Source: Lama glama
Taxonomy: Eukaryota
Length of the DNA: 64,000 nt
Assembly: GCA_028534125.1 (NCBI GenBank)
Contig: CM052817.1
Location: forward strand, 52,144,001 to 52,208,000
Direction of reading: 5' to 3'
Shown: positions 50,128 through 64,000 of the stretch, piece by piece
Numbering within the stretch: the stretch's first letter is position 1
Layout of the letters: the number at the start of each line of letters is the position of its first letter
Notes under the pieces: model-generated
The model's input: only the letters and a program-made list of their open reading frames with translations
The model's database searches: none
Told to the model about the DNA's origin: nothing
Translations under genes and position numbers: made by a program

Positions 50128-52160
50128 TCAAATAAAATATACTCCTCAAAGTATTCATAGGCCTTTGCAGGGCAGGACCTGCCCGCTGCTACGTCACTCA
50201 GCAAAGACCATCAAGAGTCATTGTGCTACAAGACAGCTAGGTGGATGAGGGTCCTGTGCATAGGCACAGAGTGCAGCAGAGGTGGACTAGGTGGAGAGGA
50301 GACAATTAAAGGCAGAGCAGATGGGTTTATGGATACAAGCAAGACCGCTCTGGGCTTTGCAACAAATACATGTCTATGGCAAAATATGTACACATTTTTG
50401 GAGGACAAGATTTGATCCAGTATGAGAAAATGGGAAAACACAATTAGGGTATTGGTATCAATGAAACATTGTTTGTCCCAAATGCTTGTAAGGTCTTTTG
50501 ATGCCCAAGTTATACTGAAATAGTTAAAAAAAAGTGAATCAAGGTAACATAAATCTGATAATAAAATGTTTCTTAAATAACTGAGTAATTTAATCACTGT
50601 TTGTGTCCTGGTAATCACAGCTATGTATAATAGTTTTGAAATGTAATAGTGTTACCCTAGTCACACATACACACACATGCATGCACACAAAGCAAAATAC
50701 TTCTCCTTAGCCCTGTCTCTGAAATTGTTGAAAACATTTTATAACGTGAGCCAATGTAGGACTATACATATAAATAATAATTCAAAGTAAACTCTTGGAG
50801 TATATTTTATTATTGCCGTTTGTATTATTGTGACAAGAGCTGAACCATGACACATTAAGTTTTGCTATATATGCAAAAAATTTAAATATTTCTAACCTTC
50901 AGTGAGAATCAAGGGGAAAATGTGAGTTGTTACTTGTCAAGCAATAAGAGCCAGATGGTGGGGACTAAACATTTACTCCTGGGTGTTCAATGTTGTATCA
51001 AGGAACAGAAAGCAAAGGCCGTGTCTCACAAAGAAAAAGCAAGGTTGAGTACATCCACAAAAGAGTAGAATCTGCTCACTTAAGAGATCTCTTATTACAC
51101 ATTTGTGCTTAGTGGTACATTAATATTTTCAGGATTTAATTAACCTCCTCACTGAAAAGAAAAAAGTTATACACAACAAATTTGACAACAGAAATGAGCA
51201 GAAATGGTGCAGGTAGCCACGGGTAAACTTCGCTCAAGTGGCTTAGCTCAGCCCTTTGAAGTGACAAATTGGAATCTTCTTCAACTCACCACAAAGACAG
51301 TGTTTAGCTCAAATTATAATGTTAGTGGGATACTTATACAGAGAGGCCACGGCCTAAATTTGTAGTTTGATATTTTTGGACCCACTTTTATCTGATATTT
51401 TGTGAAAGGCAATCATCTTTAGTTTACTCCCTTCATGTGGAAATGCTTCCTGTGCATACTGTCTGAAATGGCTTGAGACTGAGAGTCATTATCTAGTTCA
51501 ATATATTATCTTCCTCTATAATTTCACTTTGTCAAAATCTAATTTGGGATTTCTCTGCCCTTATTTTTAATGATATAAAAGTAGGTAAGTATTTAGGCAT
51601 TCAGAAAAATAATTTTCACATAGTGAGCTTCTGTTATTTCATTATTTTGGCTTTGTCACTCAGACAAAAGTCACTGACTTCTACCTTCCTGAGTCGCATT
51701 GCCATCCCAGAGACCCTCTTCAAATACTCAGGGTCCTATCCCACCATGAGATGCAAAAAAGACTACAGGTTTTGGATCCATATTTTATCTTTCTAAGTTA
51801 GTTTGATATTTATATCCAAAGGAAGAAACTGTGCTTAGTTGAGTATTTAAATTAAAAAAAAATTAGTTTGTGACAAATTTTCTATGCATAGAAGAGGAAA
51901 TAGAATTTGTTAGTTATAATCTGCATCCCCCCTTCCAAGTGTGTTATTAGACAAAAGGTTTTTTATAAAGTGTTATCATCTTCATAAAGGTCATTCCCAA
52001 CTTGAAGGGAGTGGTGATACCTGGTATGGTGATATACAAAAAGAGGATTTTTCTTTTCCCTCTGTGGAAGTGATAGAGAGGCAGGTAAACCTAGGTTTCA
52101 AAAATCTGCAGGGAGCAAAGGTTGCGAATAGGAGGTGGATTTCTGTGAATGGGGAACCCA

Positions 52161-52554
52161 TGCAGTGGATGCTGTGGTGCTACCAGACCACTGCCTGGGG
52201 ACTGAGGCCTCTTTTCCTCTGCTGCTAGGAGGCTTGGCTGCTCAGTCCTTCCTGGTCTACTGCTTCTTGCTGAAAAAAGAGCTCCTTCGCTTAAGGCTAC
52301 GCGTTCCTTTAGGATGACCTAACTAGGAGTACAAAATTTCTTTCTCCTTGCTTCAATTCAGGACAATTCTACAGGGACATCCCAGTTCAAAAAGCATTTT
52401 GGATCAGATGAGACCTTTATTGGGGCCGAAATGCAATTCAATTTCGCTTTTTGCCCAGGTTTTTTAGTTTTGTTCAGAAAGCCCTCCCTAGTATATTTCC
52501 TGCAAAATAGTCTCCATCTCAGGGTTAGTTTCCCAGGAACCCTAACCTAGGACA
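52161..52554 (+). mobile_element. ERVL solo LTR, LTR16-like
   Basis: Start tgcagtggatgctgtggtgc; end tctccatctcagggttagtttcccaggaaccctaacctaggaca. Confidence 0.8.
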
Positions 52555-55539
52555 GCCCAAGAGGAAGAGAACAATTCATACCAGAGTGGCCAAAGGGAAG
52601 AGTTTGGTTTGAAAAGACTTACCAGTTTGGGTCTTGAACTAAATCATTTTGGCTACAAACCCATCCCCACTTACTCAACAAAGTAATTAATAAAATAACA
52701 CATTTTGAGTAAGCTTCTTTACCACATAAAATGCAGATAATTGCTGATTCCAGTATTACTTGGAAAGAGAAACTTGGTTTCCAAAAGATGATCGTCATAT
52801 AGGCGTCCATATATTTCACAAACCAGTCTATTGCCAGATACCAGCATTAGAATTTAGCCCACGGTTTGGATGAAGTATGTAGTTAAGTAAATGCTTAAAT
52901 ACATTTGAAAAAGATATTCAATCATCCATTTACTAATATGATCCAGTGACTAGAAGGAAAAAGGAAATGGAGAAGTTCTTGGCCTATGAGAGTTTATAAT
53001 CTAGAGAGAGAAAGAAGATTTTTGCACAAAAATTACAAGACAGAAGATTGGCAAATGTTATGAAATGCAAACAACTGTGGAGTCAAAGAAAACAATGATC
53101 ATCTCTTGCTTGGAAGATCACAGGTGGTCTTATGGTTTTATGAAAGTTGTAGTAGATAGGGTTGGAGAGAGAGAGATGTCTAAATGAATGCTGGGGTAAA
53201 AGTTTCCATATTAATTTGAAATTAATTAACAAAAATATAAGAGGAGGGAGAGTTGCTATGGAAGGAAAGATGATTGGTTATTAAATTTGTCATGAGAGCT
53301 GACATCAAGGAAGACACTTAGAGTTGGGACAGCAGAAAATGCACTTCTTATCCTGCCACTGCGAGACGAAATAAGGCGACTGCTAGAGACCCAAATAAAA
53401 TAATATTTTCCCCTTAATTTCTAAAGTTGTCGCCTGCTTCTTTTTACTATTTCTAGGAACCCGTTTCTAGGCACCAACTGATTTGTGGCTAGTCAGTGGT
53501 ATAAGAGAAGCAATTACTGATGTTACTCTTTGGTATGACTGGATGCTTTGGAAGAGGAGTCAGAGTATCAGTTCGTTGTCAAGAATTCCAAAATGTAGGC
53601 ACTTTGGGTTGCTGTGTTCCTACACACTAGATCCTAAAGCAGAGGAGACAATCATCTGTTTACATCAGTGTGAGTTAAGGGGTCTTAGGCATGATCTTAG
53701 AATTGCTTTTTTTTTTTTTTGCATAGTTCAATTTTTCTCTTCTATAACTGCCTTCCCAAATACTTTGTTTCTAATTTTTATTTAAAAGTGAAATGATCAT
53801 CATTTACATGAATTGTGTCTTATTTATGCTTAATTACCATTGCCATGCAATCCATATAACCTGTGGTAGATTACCATTGCTATACATTCTGCTTAATTTC
53901 AACATTATAATCTATTAGTGTGCTTTCATTTTTATGTAATTCCTTACTTATTTATTAAAGTTATTTGCCCACACACATAGACTTGCATTTTAAATTAAGA
54001 GAAAATACAGAAATTTAATTTACAGTACATTAATACAAAAATGTGATATTGATAAAACATTTCAAGAATTAGTATACATCATAATTCACACATTAAATAT
54101 ATCAGGGCTGAATTAAAACATGCATATTCTATTCTCTTAAATGGCTCTAAAACACTGACACAGGAATCCATCCGAAACAAGAATAAAAGCAACTATTACA
54201 AAACTAAGAACAGTAGTAGGTTAATTGCTCACAGTAATGCCTCTTTGGAACAAGGCAATTAACTGTTGCATCCACTGAAAACTTCCATGGGAATTTAGGT
54301 AGGTAAAGTGTAATTAACTAAATTAGAAGTAATGAAAATGCTACATTTAAACTGTAGCAAGATTGTATAGAGACTTGATATACTATAGTGGTTTGTGGTC
54401 CGTTTGAACTCCTAGATACAATTAAAAGACATTTCCTCTAAAATGATCAAGGGATTTTTATCAGGGAAAATTGCTGCTGCTTGCCAGCTCCTTCCTAATG
54501 AACTTTAAAATGCCTATATTGTACCTGTGCCAACTGGCCCTATTTTGTCTTTAGGCAGGTGGTTGATGCCATGCTTTTGTCACTGCTATGTGGATAACAG
54601 AGATGTAGTGGAAAAATCTCATTGCCCTTCTAATCAAGTCTCAGATACAAAATCTTGCAGTTAGTTAATATCAAACATTTCCAAATAAATAACATCCAAG
54701 ATTAGTTAGACTGGTAGACATGATATTAAATTAATTCCATTCATTATAATTCTAAGATTAAGTGAAATAAACATCTATTATCTAGTTATACTTCGGCTAA
54801 CAATTGCAAAAGTATTTCCTTTAAATTACATCCTTTTCTTATTTTTTAATGAAACCAATAATAAAAATGCATTTATTTATGCAGATGCTATAGTATAAAA
54901 GTTGGACTCAGAAATTTTACTGGGGTTTTTACTGAGAGTAATTTCACTTAAATTTTTATCCATCACCTTGTTAAAAATACAGGCCATGAAATCATTATAG
55001 GTAGAGTTATTTCAGCATCCCAGCCCTTCCCCCACCATGTTATTAAAAATATGTACTAAAGACTAAATTTGGATGAACTAATGTTGCCTGAATTTTGAGT
55101 TATTTTCCTAAATCTCCATTGCACTCATACTAACATATCCAACCAGAGTGTATTCTTATGGAGGCTGTTTGTAGATAAATTGAGCAAAAGATCATGAATC
55201 ATAATTAAAGGAATTACATTAGTTCTGCTACTTTCCTTCTTAACTAAAACAATTAATATATATTTTTTGTTCAAAATATATGAAACATAAAGAGCACTAA
55301 AACAAATAATTAATATATTATTGCTTCATCCTTAAAAAAACATTTTTAATTTTCATTTTAAAGGATATTTTATTTATTGTCCATCCAGCAAATCACCATT
55401 ATACTTCAGTTGTGTCAGAAATCATAAAACCTCAAAATATCACTTTTGCCTATGTATGATAAAACTCCTCTTTAACAAGAACATTAACTGCTCCCAGTTA
55501 TTTATTTACCTGAAAATATATTTTTATTGGTGATGGTGT

Positions 55540-55680
55540 TGTTAAAGTGTTCATTGTCTATCTCTTCCCAATTGGATGTTAAATGCTGAGATAACAGATT
55601 ATGTCTTACATTTTGCTATATTGCCTCAGTGTTTTAACAGTACCTAGAAAGTAATAAATATTTAATAAATAATACTTAAA
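55540..55680 (+). mobile_element. L2 3' end
   Basis: ttgtctatctcttcccaattggatgttaaatgctgagataacag...aacagtacctagaaagtaataaatattt. Confidence 0.6.
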
Positions 55681-58600
55681 AGAAAAAGAGTGCTCACCCT
55701 ATCATTTAAAATTATAATCTAACTTGTTAAAGATTAAAAGATCAATTCATATTTCATTTCCCAATTACCATTTAGTTTTATATTTATTTTAATATATTAA
55801 AATAGTAATTATGATTTATAAAATCTTGATTTTGTTACATTAATACAAATATATTAATAGAAGTGATACAACTAGTCAAGTTTTATATTTTTGCTAAAAG
55901 ATTACTTATAGAAAGGACAAAATATTAATTGAAATTTAAAATTTGGACTAACTTCAGATTCAAAATGGCTTTCATAGAATTATTTTAAAGCCTTTATTTG
56001 TCAATGGGAAATAATATTTAAAATCATATGTCTGTTAATAAGAATTTGTGAGTTAGATACAAATCTTCAGAGAAAGAGAACTTGCTTTTAACTTAAAGTA
56101 CTAATACATGTTAATAGACTTCTCATCTTCAATATTGAAAAGTAAGAAAGAATATACAAATATTTATCAAATGTGAGCAAAATCAACTGTGAGCCCAGAT
56201 TTTTGTATCTAGCTAAATTTATGATAGAAAAGACATTTTTTGACTAGTAAAGTTTTCAGGAAGTGTCTGCCATGATGTTTTCTCAAAAGGATAAATGTAT
56301 TTAACCATTGAAGTACTTCACTCAGATGAAAAAAATTGGTATTAGTTCTAAATAAATGTTGATGTAATTGTACACCTAAAACTGTGCATATGTGTCTGTA
56401 GTCTCTGAATATTAAAAAAAAAAAAAACTCTGTATCAATGTAATTACCAAAATGACTGAGAAGTAAAAAATTAAGTTAGACTCTTTGGGTCTACTAAATG
56501 CTGAGAAATTCAAAGCAACAGAAACCCAATGACTAAGGAAGACTATTATTTCTCTCCAAAAATTATTCTCTGGCACAAAAATTCCAGCTGCTGTGGTCCT
56601 GTACTACTTAAAATGTCAGAAAAGCACATTGATGCTTCTCAAAGTACATTTCACTTCATTCTGCTTTTTGAACCTAGAAACTTGCCCCTGGAAAATTAAA
56701 GACAAGAGAAAGAATTTTTCAAATTTACTTATGCTATCCCCACCAACTCAAATATATTCCACACATTCTACAATTCAATAGGAAGCCCTAATTTAGATCT
56801 GGCCCATTCTACTTTCTGCCCTTTGTTATTATGTAAATTCAAGGAGGCTTGTTGTATAAAAGATCCCACATGTGATGCAATTTTAGTTATTCACTGATCT
56901 CTATCTGTTCTGCAATTTCTGCCTCCTTTCTTCGTAGTGAAAATGCAAAAAAAGATTGTTTCTGTCCAAATGAGTTTATGCAATTATATCTACTCATCAT
57001 GCTCAAAATATGTGCCATTACCATAGATAATGTTTTGTTTTTGAAATTGTTGAGCAAAGAAATAGAATATTTGAATCTTTTATGAGTCAAACACTACCAG
57101 AAGCTTTGAAAAATTAATATAATTAAATAAACAAGTACATTAAAAATGTTCATTTTTGGTTTCAAATATAACCAACTTTAACAGAGCCTAAATCCTAAAA
57201 TAATTACTTAATCATTTACTTTGAAAATAGTCAAACTACATTTTTTTAAAAACCAGTAGAATAACTGATTCTGTTTTCAACATGTATAGAAAAATTAGGA
57301 GGTGCTAAGATGGGCATAAAGATTTCAAGTAATTTTTGTAAGGATACTATAGTCCTGTGTCAGATCTCGAAAACATATTGCCAAACTCCAATTTTTCTAA
57401 CATATCATTCTGCACATAGCAAGTCAATAAATATTTGTTAATATGTAATTTTAAAATATGAAGCTATTAATTTAAAATTTGCAAATAAATAAAGAATGCT
57501 AAGATTTTCTATACCATTACTTTGTATGGGTGACATATTGAGAAATTGCTATGGTGTATTCCTCAGGTATGAAAAAAACATGTAACTTTTTATAATGCAT
57601 ATAATATGGGTATATACATTTATCTCTAAAATTCCCATCACTTGGAAATGCAACACTTAAATTATTCATACCTATAAACATTCAGAGCTTGGAGCCCTAG
57701 TGCATCATTAAGATAATAAATGACTTTTCTTTGCTATTTTAACATAACTTTAAATTCTTTTACATGTGTTGAAAGAAATAATTCTCATTCAGCATACATT
57801 ATTAATATGAGTTTTAAAGTTTCAAAAAGCACTCCAGTTTTTCGGAATAAAATAATCATTTACACTAGTTGTCCTTTTATTCTAAAAGCAATAGACTTAC
57901 TGTAGAAAGTGGCTTTTATAAAGTTTGTAGATTATTAAAAACCTGCTGAGTTGATCATTCTGATAGTGATCATGAAGCAATCATCTTAAATGTAAATTCA
58001 GCAGGGGTTATGGGAATTGCCAAGGATGACACATTAATAAAAACTTGATGCAATTTGCATTGTAAACTAATGTAAAATGTGGCACATTTTTGTGTTTACT
58101 GCTGTGCATATTTTAAACATCCATATTCCCATAGTATATAGTAAAGCTTAGAAGAAAAATTTTTGAGTATTTTATCCAAGATTATGCAATATCTAAAGAA
58201 GGTACAATGAAAATGTCAGATTTAGGATTTTATGAAAAGAATTAAAATTACAAAAGTGGTATTTAGCTGGGCAGTTTTTACAGAGTGGATTGGAAGATGG
58301 CAAGAAATAGGATTAATTCACCTAAATGTAGCATTTGAAGCATGGGCAGATATGCGAGTTTTCAGAAAGAACTGGCTTGTAAAGGATACATATGGGTATG
58401 GAATGAAGAATTGACAGGACTTTTGGTAACTCAAAAATGAGACATAAATTTGAGATGGCTTCTGAAGTTTTATGTAACAGAGACTGTGATAATGGTGACA
58501 AAATTATAGATGGGGTCACTGATAGCAGGATTTCAGTTAAATGAGAAAATGACAGTTTTGTTTTAGACATTAATTGGCTATTCAGGTTTGAGCTTAACTA

Positions 58601-58739
58601 TTTCACACAATCATAAGCAATCTTGCTCTTGCTGTTTTAGTACAGAGCATAAGGAAATTCATTTTGGAGCTCTAAAAACCAGATATGGAAAAATAACCTT
58701 GTAGAAATGTAGAATACTACATCATAATTGCTTAGATTT

Positions 58740-58920
58740 TTAAGTGGCTGTAGGAAGTATTTACTTGAGGTCTCTCATTTAACAGAAAAATGGAAGATCA
58801 GAGAGTTTAAGTGATATTTCTCAAATTTACACACAGAGACATTTAAACCACTGGTACTGCAATCAAAATCTTGTGTGCTCTAAGTTCAGAGCAGTTTCTT
58901 CACTATCATGCTGCCTTCCA
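58740..58920 (-). mobile_element. MIR fragment
   Basis: ctcattttaacagaaaaatggaagatcagagagtttaagtgat. Confidence 0.55.
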
Positions 58921-59609
58921 GTCAATATCAGTGTAGTGTCTCTGGTTGTATTTGATTCAGTTTTAAGTATATTAGATTTTAGAAAGCATATGGCATTAGT
59001 TACGAATAATATTCTATATCTTATAGGTTCTTTTGTTATCATAAAGCACTGAATTAGACATGTGGTATAGTTTGCTTATCGAGTTTGAAAGCAATGGATC
59101 AATGAAGCACTAGCTATATAAACATATTTGTTTTACTAATTTAGGAACAAAAACAATTTGATTTAGTAAATGTTTTTCAGTTACAAATTGTTATATCAAG
59201 TAGTCAGTTTTTCACTGCTTAACTATTTATTTTTGTAACTTGAAGGAGAGGCTGAAACCATCAGTTTTTAGTATGATTATGAACTAGAGTATTCAGTTTA
59301 TAGCATCATATTCTTCAAAAATTGGGATGGCAAAAATACATAGCATGATGGGGCAACAAAAATAAGGTTTAAATAGAAAATATTTTCTTTTTTTTACCAG
59401 GATGATCAGTGTACATCTATTAAAATCAAATCCTAATTAAGCTATTCTCTCTGGAAACTGTAGGCATACAGTAAAAATACACAACAGAAATGTTTTTTAC
59501 CCCAAAGTCAGTCAGTCTTAGCTACACCATGTTAAATGTTTAATACTCCAGTATGGCACACAAAGTTATAGTAAAGTAAATGCCAATTTCTAATATGCCA
59601 TGTCATCAC

Positions 59610-59935
59610 TTGGTTAAAGTGTGCAGATTTTCAGTTATAGAAGATAAATTCTGGAAATCTGCTACACAGCATAGTGCGATAGCTAACAAAACTGCATTGT
59701 GTACTTACAATCTGTTAAGAAGGAAGACCTTATATTAAGTATTTACCACGCACACACATTATAAGAATAAAAAGGGTAGGAGACAACTTTAAGAGGTGAT
59801 GGATATGTTTATGACCTTGGTGGTGGTGATGTTCTCATGGTATATATCTATCCCCAGACCCATCAAGTTACATACACAAATATATACAGCTTTTTACATG
59901 TGACTCATACCTCAATAAACTAGTTTTTAGAAAAG
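59610..59935 (+). mobile_element. L1MA10/MB-type 3' UTR
   Basis: aattctggaaatctgctacacagcatagtg...gaggtgatggatatgtttatgaccttggtggtggtgat...catacctcaataaa. Confidence 0.85.
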
Positions 59936-59939
59936 ATAA

Positions 59940-61900
59940 CATATGACAGATCAGTGCATGCAAATATATTTAGCATTATTAATCGTTGGGAAAGTCAAAT
60001 AAAACCACAATTAGCTATTACCTCTAAAATAATAAAATGATGAACATTAAAGAGTGACTATACCAAGTGTTGGTGAGGTTGTAGAGCATACATGGCTAGT
60101 TAGAATTAAAATACTAAAACCTTTTCCAAAAACAATTTGTCATGTTCTTATTTAAACCTACATCTACCATATGACTCAACCATTCCACATCCAGATATCC
60201 AAGAGAGTGAAAGTATACATTTATATAATAATGTGTACATAAATGTTCAATAGCTGTTTTATTTGTAATAGACAAAAGCTGGAAGCAACCCAAATGTCCA
60301 TTGGTAATAAATATGTATACTATGTGTATGTGTGTGTGTATAAAATGGAATACTTGGCATGAATAAATAGGAATGAATTTGACACAGAGACTGAATAAAT
60401 AATTGTGATGAGTGAAAAAACCAAACCAAAGAAGAGTTCATGCTGTATGATTCTATTTTCATGAAATTTTGGACTAGATACACTTATCTCTAGTAATAAA
60501 AAGCAGATAGATTGTTGTCTAGAGATAGGGATTTGGGATAACTAAGAGGGAACGATTGCAAAGGGGTTTTAGGATGTGTCACAATTATCAACTTGTGTGC
60601 ATTACTATGTGTAATTTCTTTATGTCACTTATACCTCAGTAGAGCTATAACACTTTGAGCTACATTTAAAAAGTCATACAGAAAAAGCTACTGTGTATTA
60701 TTCCATTTATCTGAAATTCTAGCACAAGCAAATGGATGGTTATCTCTTGTAGGAGATGTAAGACTGGGAATTATTGGGAAGAGGTATGAGGGAACTTTCT
60801 GGAGTGATTATGTTCTTCTATATCTTTATAGGATTTCGACTTACACAGTTCCTGCATTGGTCAGAACTCACCTATTGATAAATTTAAGATTTGTGGGTTT
60901 TATTTATTTTTATTTTCTCTCCCCGAAAATCCCATAAACAAATAATGAACTCCTGTTTCTGGATAAGCATGCCAAAGTGTTTAGAAGTTGTATGCTGAGG
61001 TTTGTAACTTACCTTGAATGATATTAAAAATGTAAGATTGACTGATGGATGGCTATGGGGACTGACTGATATATAAATATGTTTTGAAGCAAATACTGTC
61101 AAATACTAATTGTAGAATCTATGTAAGGACCATGTGGGAGTTAACCATAGAAGTTTTTTTTTTTTCCTAATTTTTGGAATGTTTGAAACATTTTATTAAG
61201 AATATTCTAAAAAAGTCTCATACTGAGATGAGACCAAAAAGTCACTGAATGGTCTAAAATTAAAAATCTGGACAATCTGTGGGGCAATCTGAATTCATAT
61301 AGATTGCTTATGAGAACAGAGGTTGACACTCCAATTTTGGAAGATTCTCACATTTCCTGACAAAATTGAGCATATGCAACATGCTATGGAAACAGCAATT
61401 TCACCCCTAGGAAAACACACAGAAGTTCTCAAAAGTAATTAAAAGATTGTTCATAGCAACATTATTTATAATAGCTCCCAACTTGAAACAACCTAAATTT
61501 CTGTAGATTAGATACATATATTTTAGTCTCTTCATTTAATTCACTGTTACACACCGATGGAATGGCATAGACTATAGTTATATCAAAACAAGATGAATCC
61601 CATTAACATAATGTTGACTAAAAAGAGCCAGATATAAAAACTTAGGCAAGCATATGATTCCATTTATAGGAAGTTGAAAATCAGGCAAAACTAATTTGTA
61701 GCTTTATAAATCAGTAGTGAGTACTTTTAGGGAGAAGTAAGGGTATAAAAATTTAGATAAAGCATGAAACATGCTTGTGGACTTTTTTCTTTATATCTTG
61801 ACATTGGCAGTGGTTACACAGGTGTGTTTATTTTATTATTCCTTGAGATGAATTATTTTTATATATGTGATTTTGTGTATGTCATACTTCAGTTAGTGAT
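59940..61900 (+). mobile_element. Cluster of old L1 (L1MC/MD/ME-type) ORF2-end and 3' UTR fragments
   Basis: taccaagtgttggtgagg, gctggaagcaacccaaatgtcca, tgtatgattctatttt, tgagggaactttctggagtgat, ttgttcatagcaacattatttataatagc; at least three pieces. Confidence 0.8.
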
Positions 61901-62494
61901 GTTAAACAACATTTGGGATTTTATTTAACAACCAGATGGAAAACCATACTTCCAAGCACGCATTACACAAGTACATTGGATATTTGACTGGAATATGTCT
62001 AACAGGAGTATGCAAAATTCTTTCCTTAATATTTCACAATGTTCTGGACATATATGTGAATTAGGACAATTTGGTAATAAAAGACAACAAAACAGAGGCT
62101 TATTTATTTCTCCAAAAGTCTAGGTTTGGCTGAATGTAATGGAAAAGGAAAAAGAAAGTCAGGAATGCTACTCAGAATAAGAAACGGTCAACAGGAATGA
62201 AAAGGTAAGTGCAGATGAATAGTAAAGAATGGACTCATAGCCAATCTGAGAAGGCTCTGTAACAACACATTGGAATCTACATGACTAGACCAATAACTCA
62301 GAACAGAGGAATACACTGGAGAAATGGTAGTCACACAAACAGTGGGGTCATCCCAGGGAAGCAATGCAGTAAATTTTGCCACAAAGGAATACAGAACTAT
62401 AATAATCTTTGCTGAAAAGACTTAGACTTAAAGCTGTTAGAACATGCATCCATTTGAGTGTATCCTGTAATCTTGTATCAAGAGTTATGCCTAT

Positions 62495-62690
62495 GACAAT
62501 AATAATAGCTACATGTCATTTGTTTCTCAAGGTTGTCCCAAAGGTAGATTCTATTACTTCCATGTTGTGGATGTGGAAACAAAGGCTTGGAGAACTTAAG
62601 TAACACATCTAAAGTGAGGAAGCCGTTATTTCTGCATGGGTCTATCTGATGCCAGCAACTGTGCTGTGTGCTTTCACTTTTTCCTACATT
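62495..62690 (-). mobile_element. MIR fragment
   Basis: aataataatagctacat...ggatgtggaaacaaaggcttggagaacttaagtaac. Confidence 0.6.
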
Positions 62691-64000
62691 CTACCAAAAT
62701 TTGAAAACAAAGTATACAAAATTCTTATGTTTTGTTCCTAGTGTTTACTATGGTTGTTGGAATTTTAAGAATACACTGTGAAAAACCGATTCAGGAATTT
62801 ACTCTTTTTCAACTCGCTTGCACGAGAGAGGAAAGGGTAAGGAGCCCTCTTTTGTAACAACTCATGGAAAAAAAGATCAGTAAAAAGCAGATTGTTACAA
62901 GAAAGAATTATTACATTTAAGCTGCCTCCCTGAGGCTTAATATATTATATTTATTTCAAAATCACCTACCTTTCTGATCATTTTCTGTATTTAGACCTGA
63001 CTCCATGGTTATCATTTTATAGTATTTTCTTTTTTGAAGATTCAAGGCTTTGTTTGTTTTCTTTTATGAATAACAGACATTAACATTAATGTTACACTAC
63101 TGCCATCTTGTGAGTGCTCAAGATTTCTACTACTTCTTTGGCTTTTGCCAAATTGCATAAGCAGGTAGATTGATTGTAGAGATTGACAAATTACTTTTGA
63201 TGATAAAACACAAGTTGCAATTAAATAGTACTTTGCAACCAAAAGCCATACTTAATCAGAAAGGGCTTTAAACAATTTCAATATGAATTTCACATGGAAT
63301 CACTCTTAGCTACTTGCTTTAGCTGCATAATTTTACTTACTTGTATATGTAAATTTATGAAATATGAATTAGCCTAAATTAATACACATTAGATAAGACT
63401 TCTATGTGCATGGTCAAAATTTTGAAGAGTAAACCTTTAAAAAGGGAATTAAATACTAATTGTCTTTTTATTATTTCTTAGTGGCCTTGTAGATAGCTAG
63501 TTGACTACAATGAAGAGGTTTTGATCAATGGTAATATAAAACTATTTATTGATAGATACTGTGACTGTTTTAGGTACCCTGAAGAGTGTGATTCTTTGTG
63601 AATCAGTCGTGAAACTTCATTTTACTTGCAGATAATTTAAGGAAAAAGTTTCAAGTCATTGTTATTTAGAAACAATAATCTAGCACTCTACCCTCCCGCC
63701 ACAAAGCTGTATTTTCTCTCTAAGTATTTGAACTGAGTTGAATTAATAACATCTATCCTTTCATATTGCTGAATTACCCAGTGATATTTATTTTAATATA
63801 TTCCCAATTTGAATGGGTGACATATTTTCTACACTTTTGTTATATTTCAGAAAGAATAAGCTTTGTTTAAGAAAAATGTGTTAACATAGGTAGCATAAAC
63901 TTTCCTTAGTGTAGATAACACTAAATGAATAAAAGGCATGAAATTACATACTTGCATTATTTGACAAGACAATCCAGATAATTCAAAGATCTAAATTTTT

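Noticed and set aside
49576..50618. Longest ORFs in the window (145 aa and 130 aa)
   Set aside because: The first lies antisense in a solo LTR; the second has intron-like composition. No recognisable domains or splice context.
53374..53456. Inverted repeat aggcgac...gtcgcct as a hairpin or miRNA
   Set aside because: Only 7 bp pair perfectly, with a long poorly paired interior; not a credible precursor.
1..64000. CRISPR array, operon, phage or other prokaryote-type novel system
   Set aside because: No regularly spaced direct repeats and no gene-dense ORFs; sequence is dominated by mammalian interspersed repeats.

Overview
This is AT-rich, CpG-poor eutherian nuclear DNA, most likely camelid. 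The basis is a tRNA-Ala-derived SINE with the Vic-1 structure at 47164-47320 and the 3' UTR type of the young L1 at 10.1-11.4 kb. Much of the window is decayed interspersed repeat: L1 of several ages, L2, MIR, Tigger/MER2 and hAT-type DNA elements, and MaLR/ERVL/ERV1/ERV2 solo LTRs. There is one 100-N assembly gap (10543-10642). Apart from ORFs overlapping L1 remnants or candidate exons, the supplied ORFs look spurious. I see no prokaryote-like system, CRISPR array, rRNA or true tRNA gene. The best non-repeat signal is a chain of short, frame-compatible + strand exon candidates that ends in a terminal exon with a stop codon and AATAAA at about 29.4-29.8 kb. It may be the 3' end of a large-intron gene that I cannot name, and it is unconfirmed. 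Other notable structures are a 5'-inverted (twin-primed) L1 with a duplicated junction segment, an octamer/Sox-Oct/CCAAT motif cluster at about 36.1-36.3 kb, and two intact solo LTRs with TSDs. Repeat family names come from recalled consensus sequences rather than a search. Boundaries are approximate unless a TSD is given.
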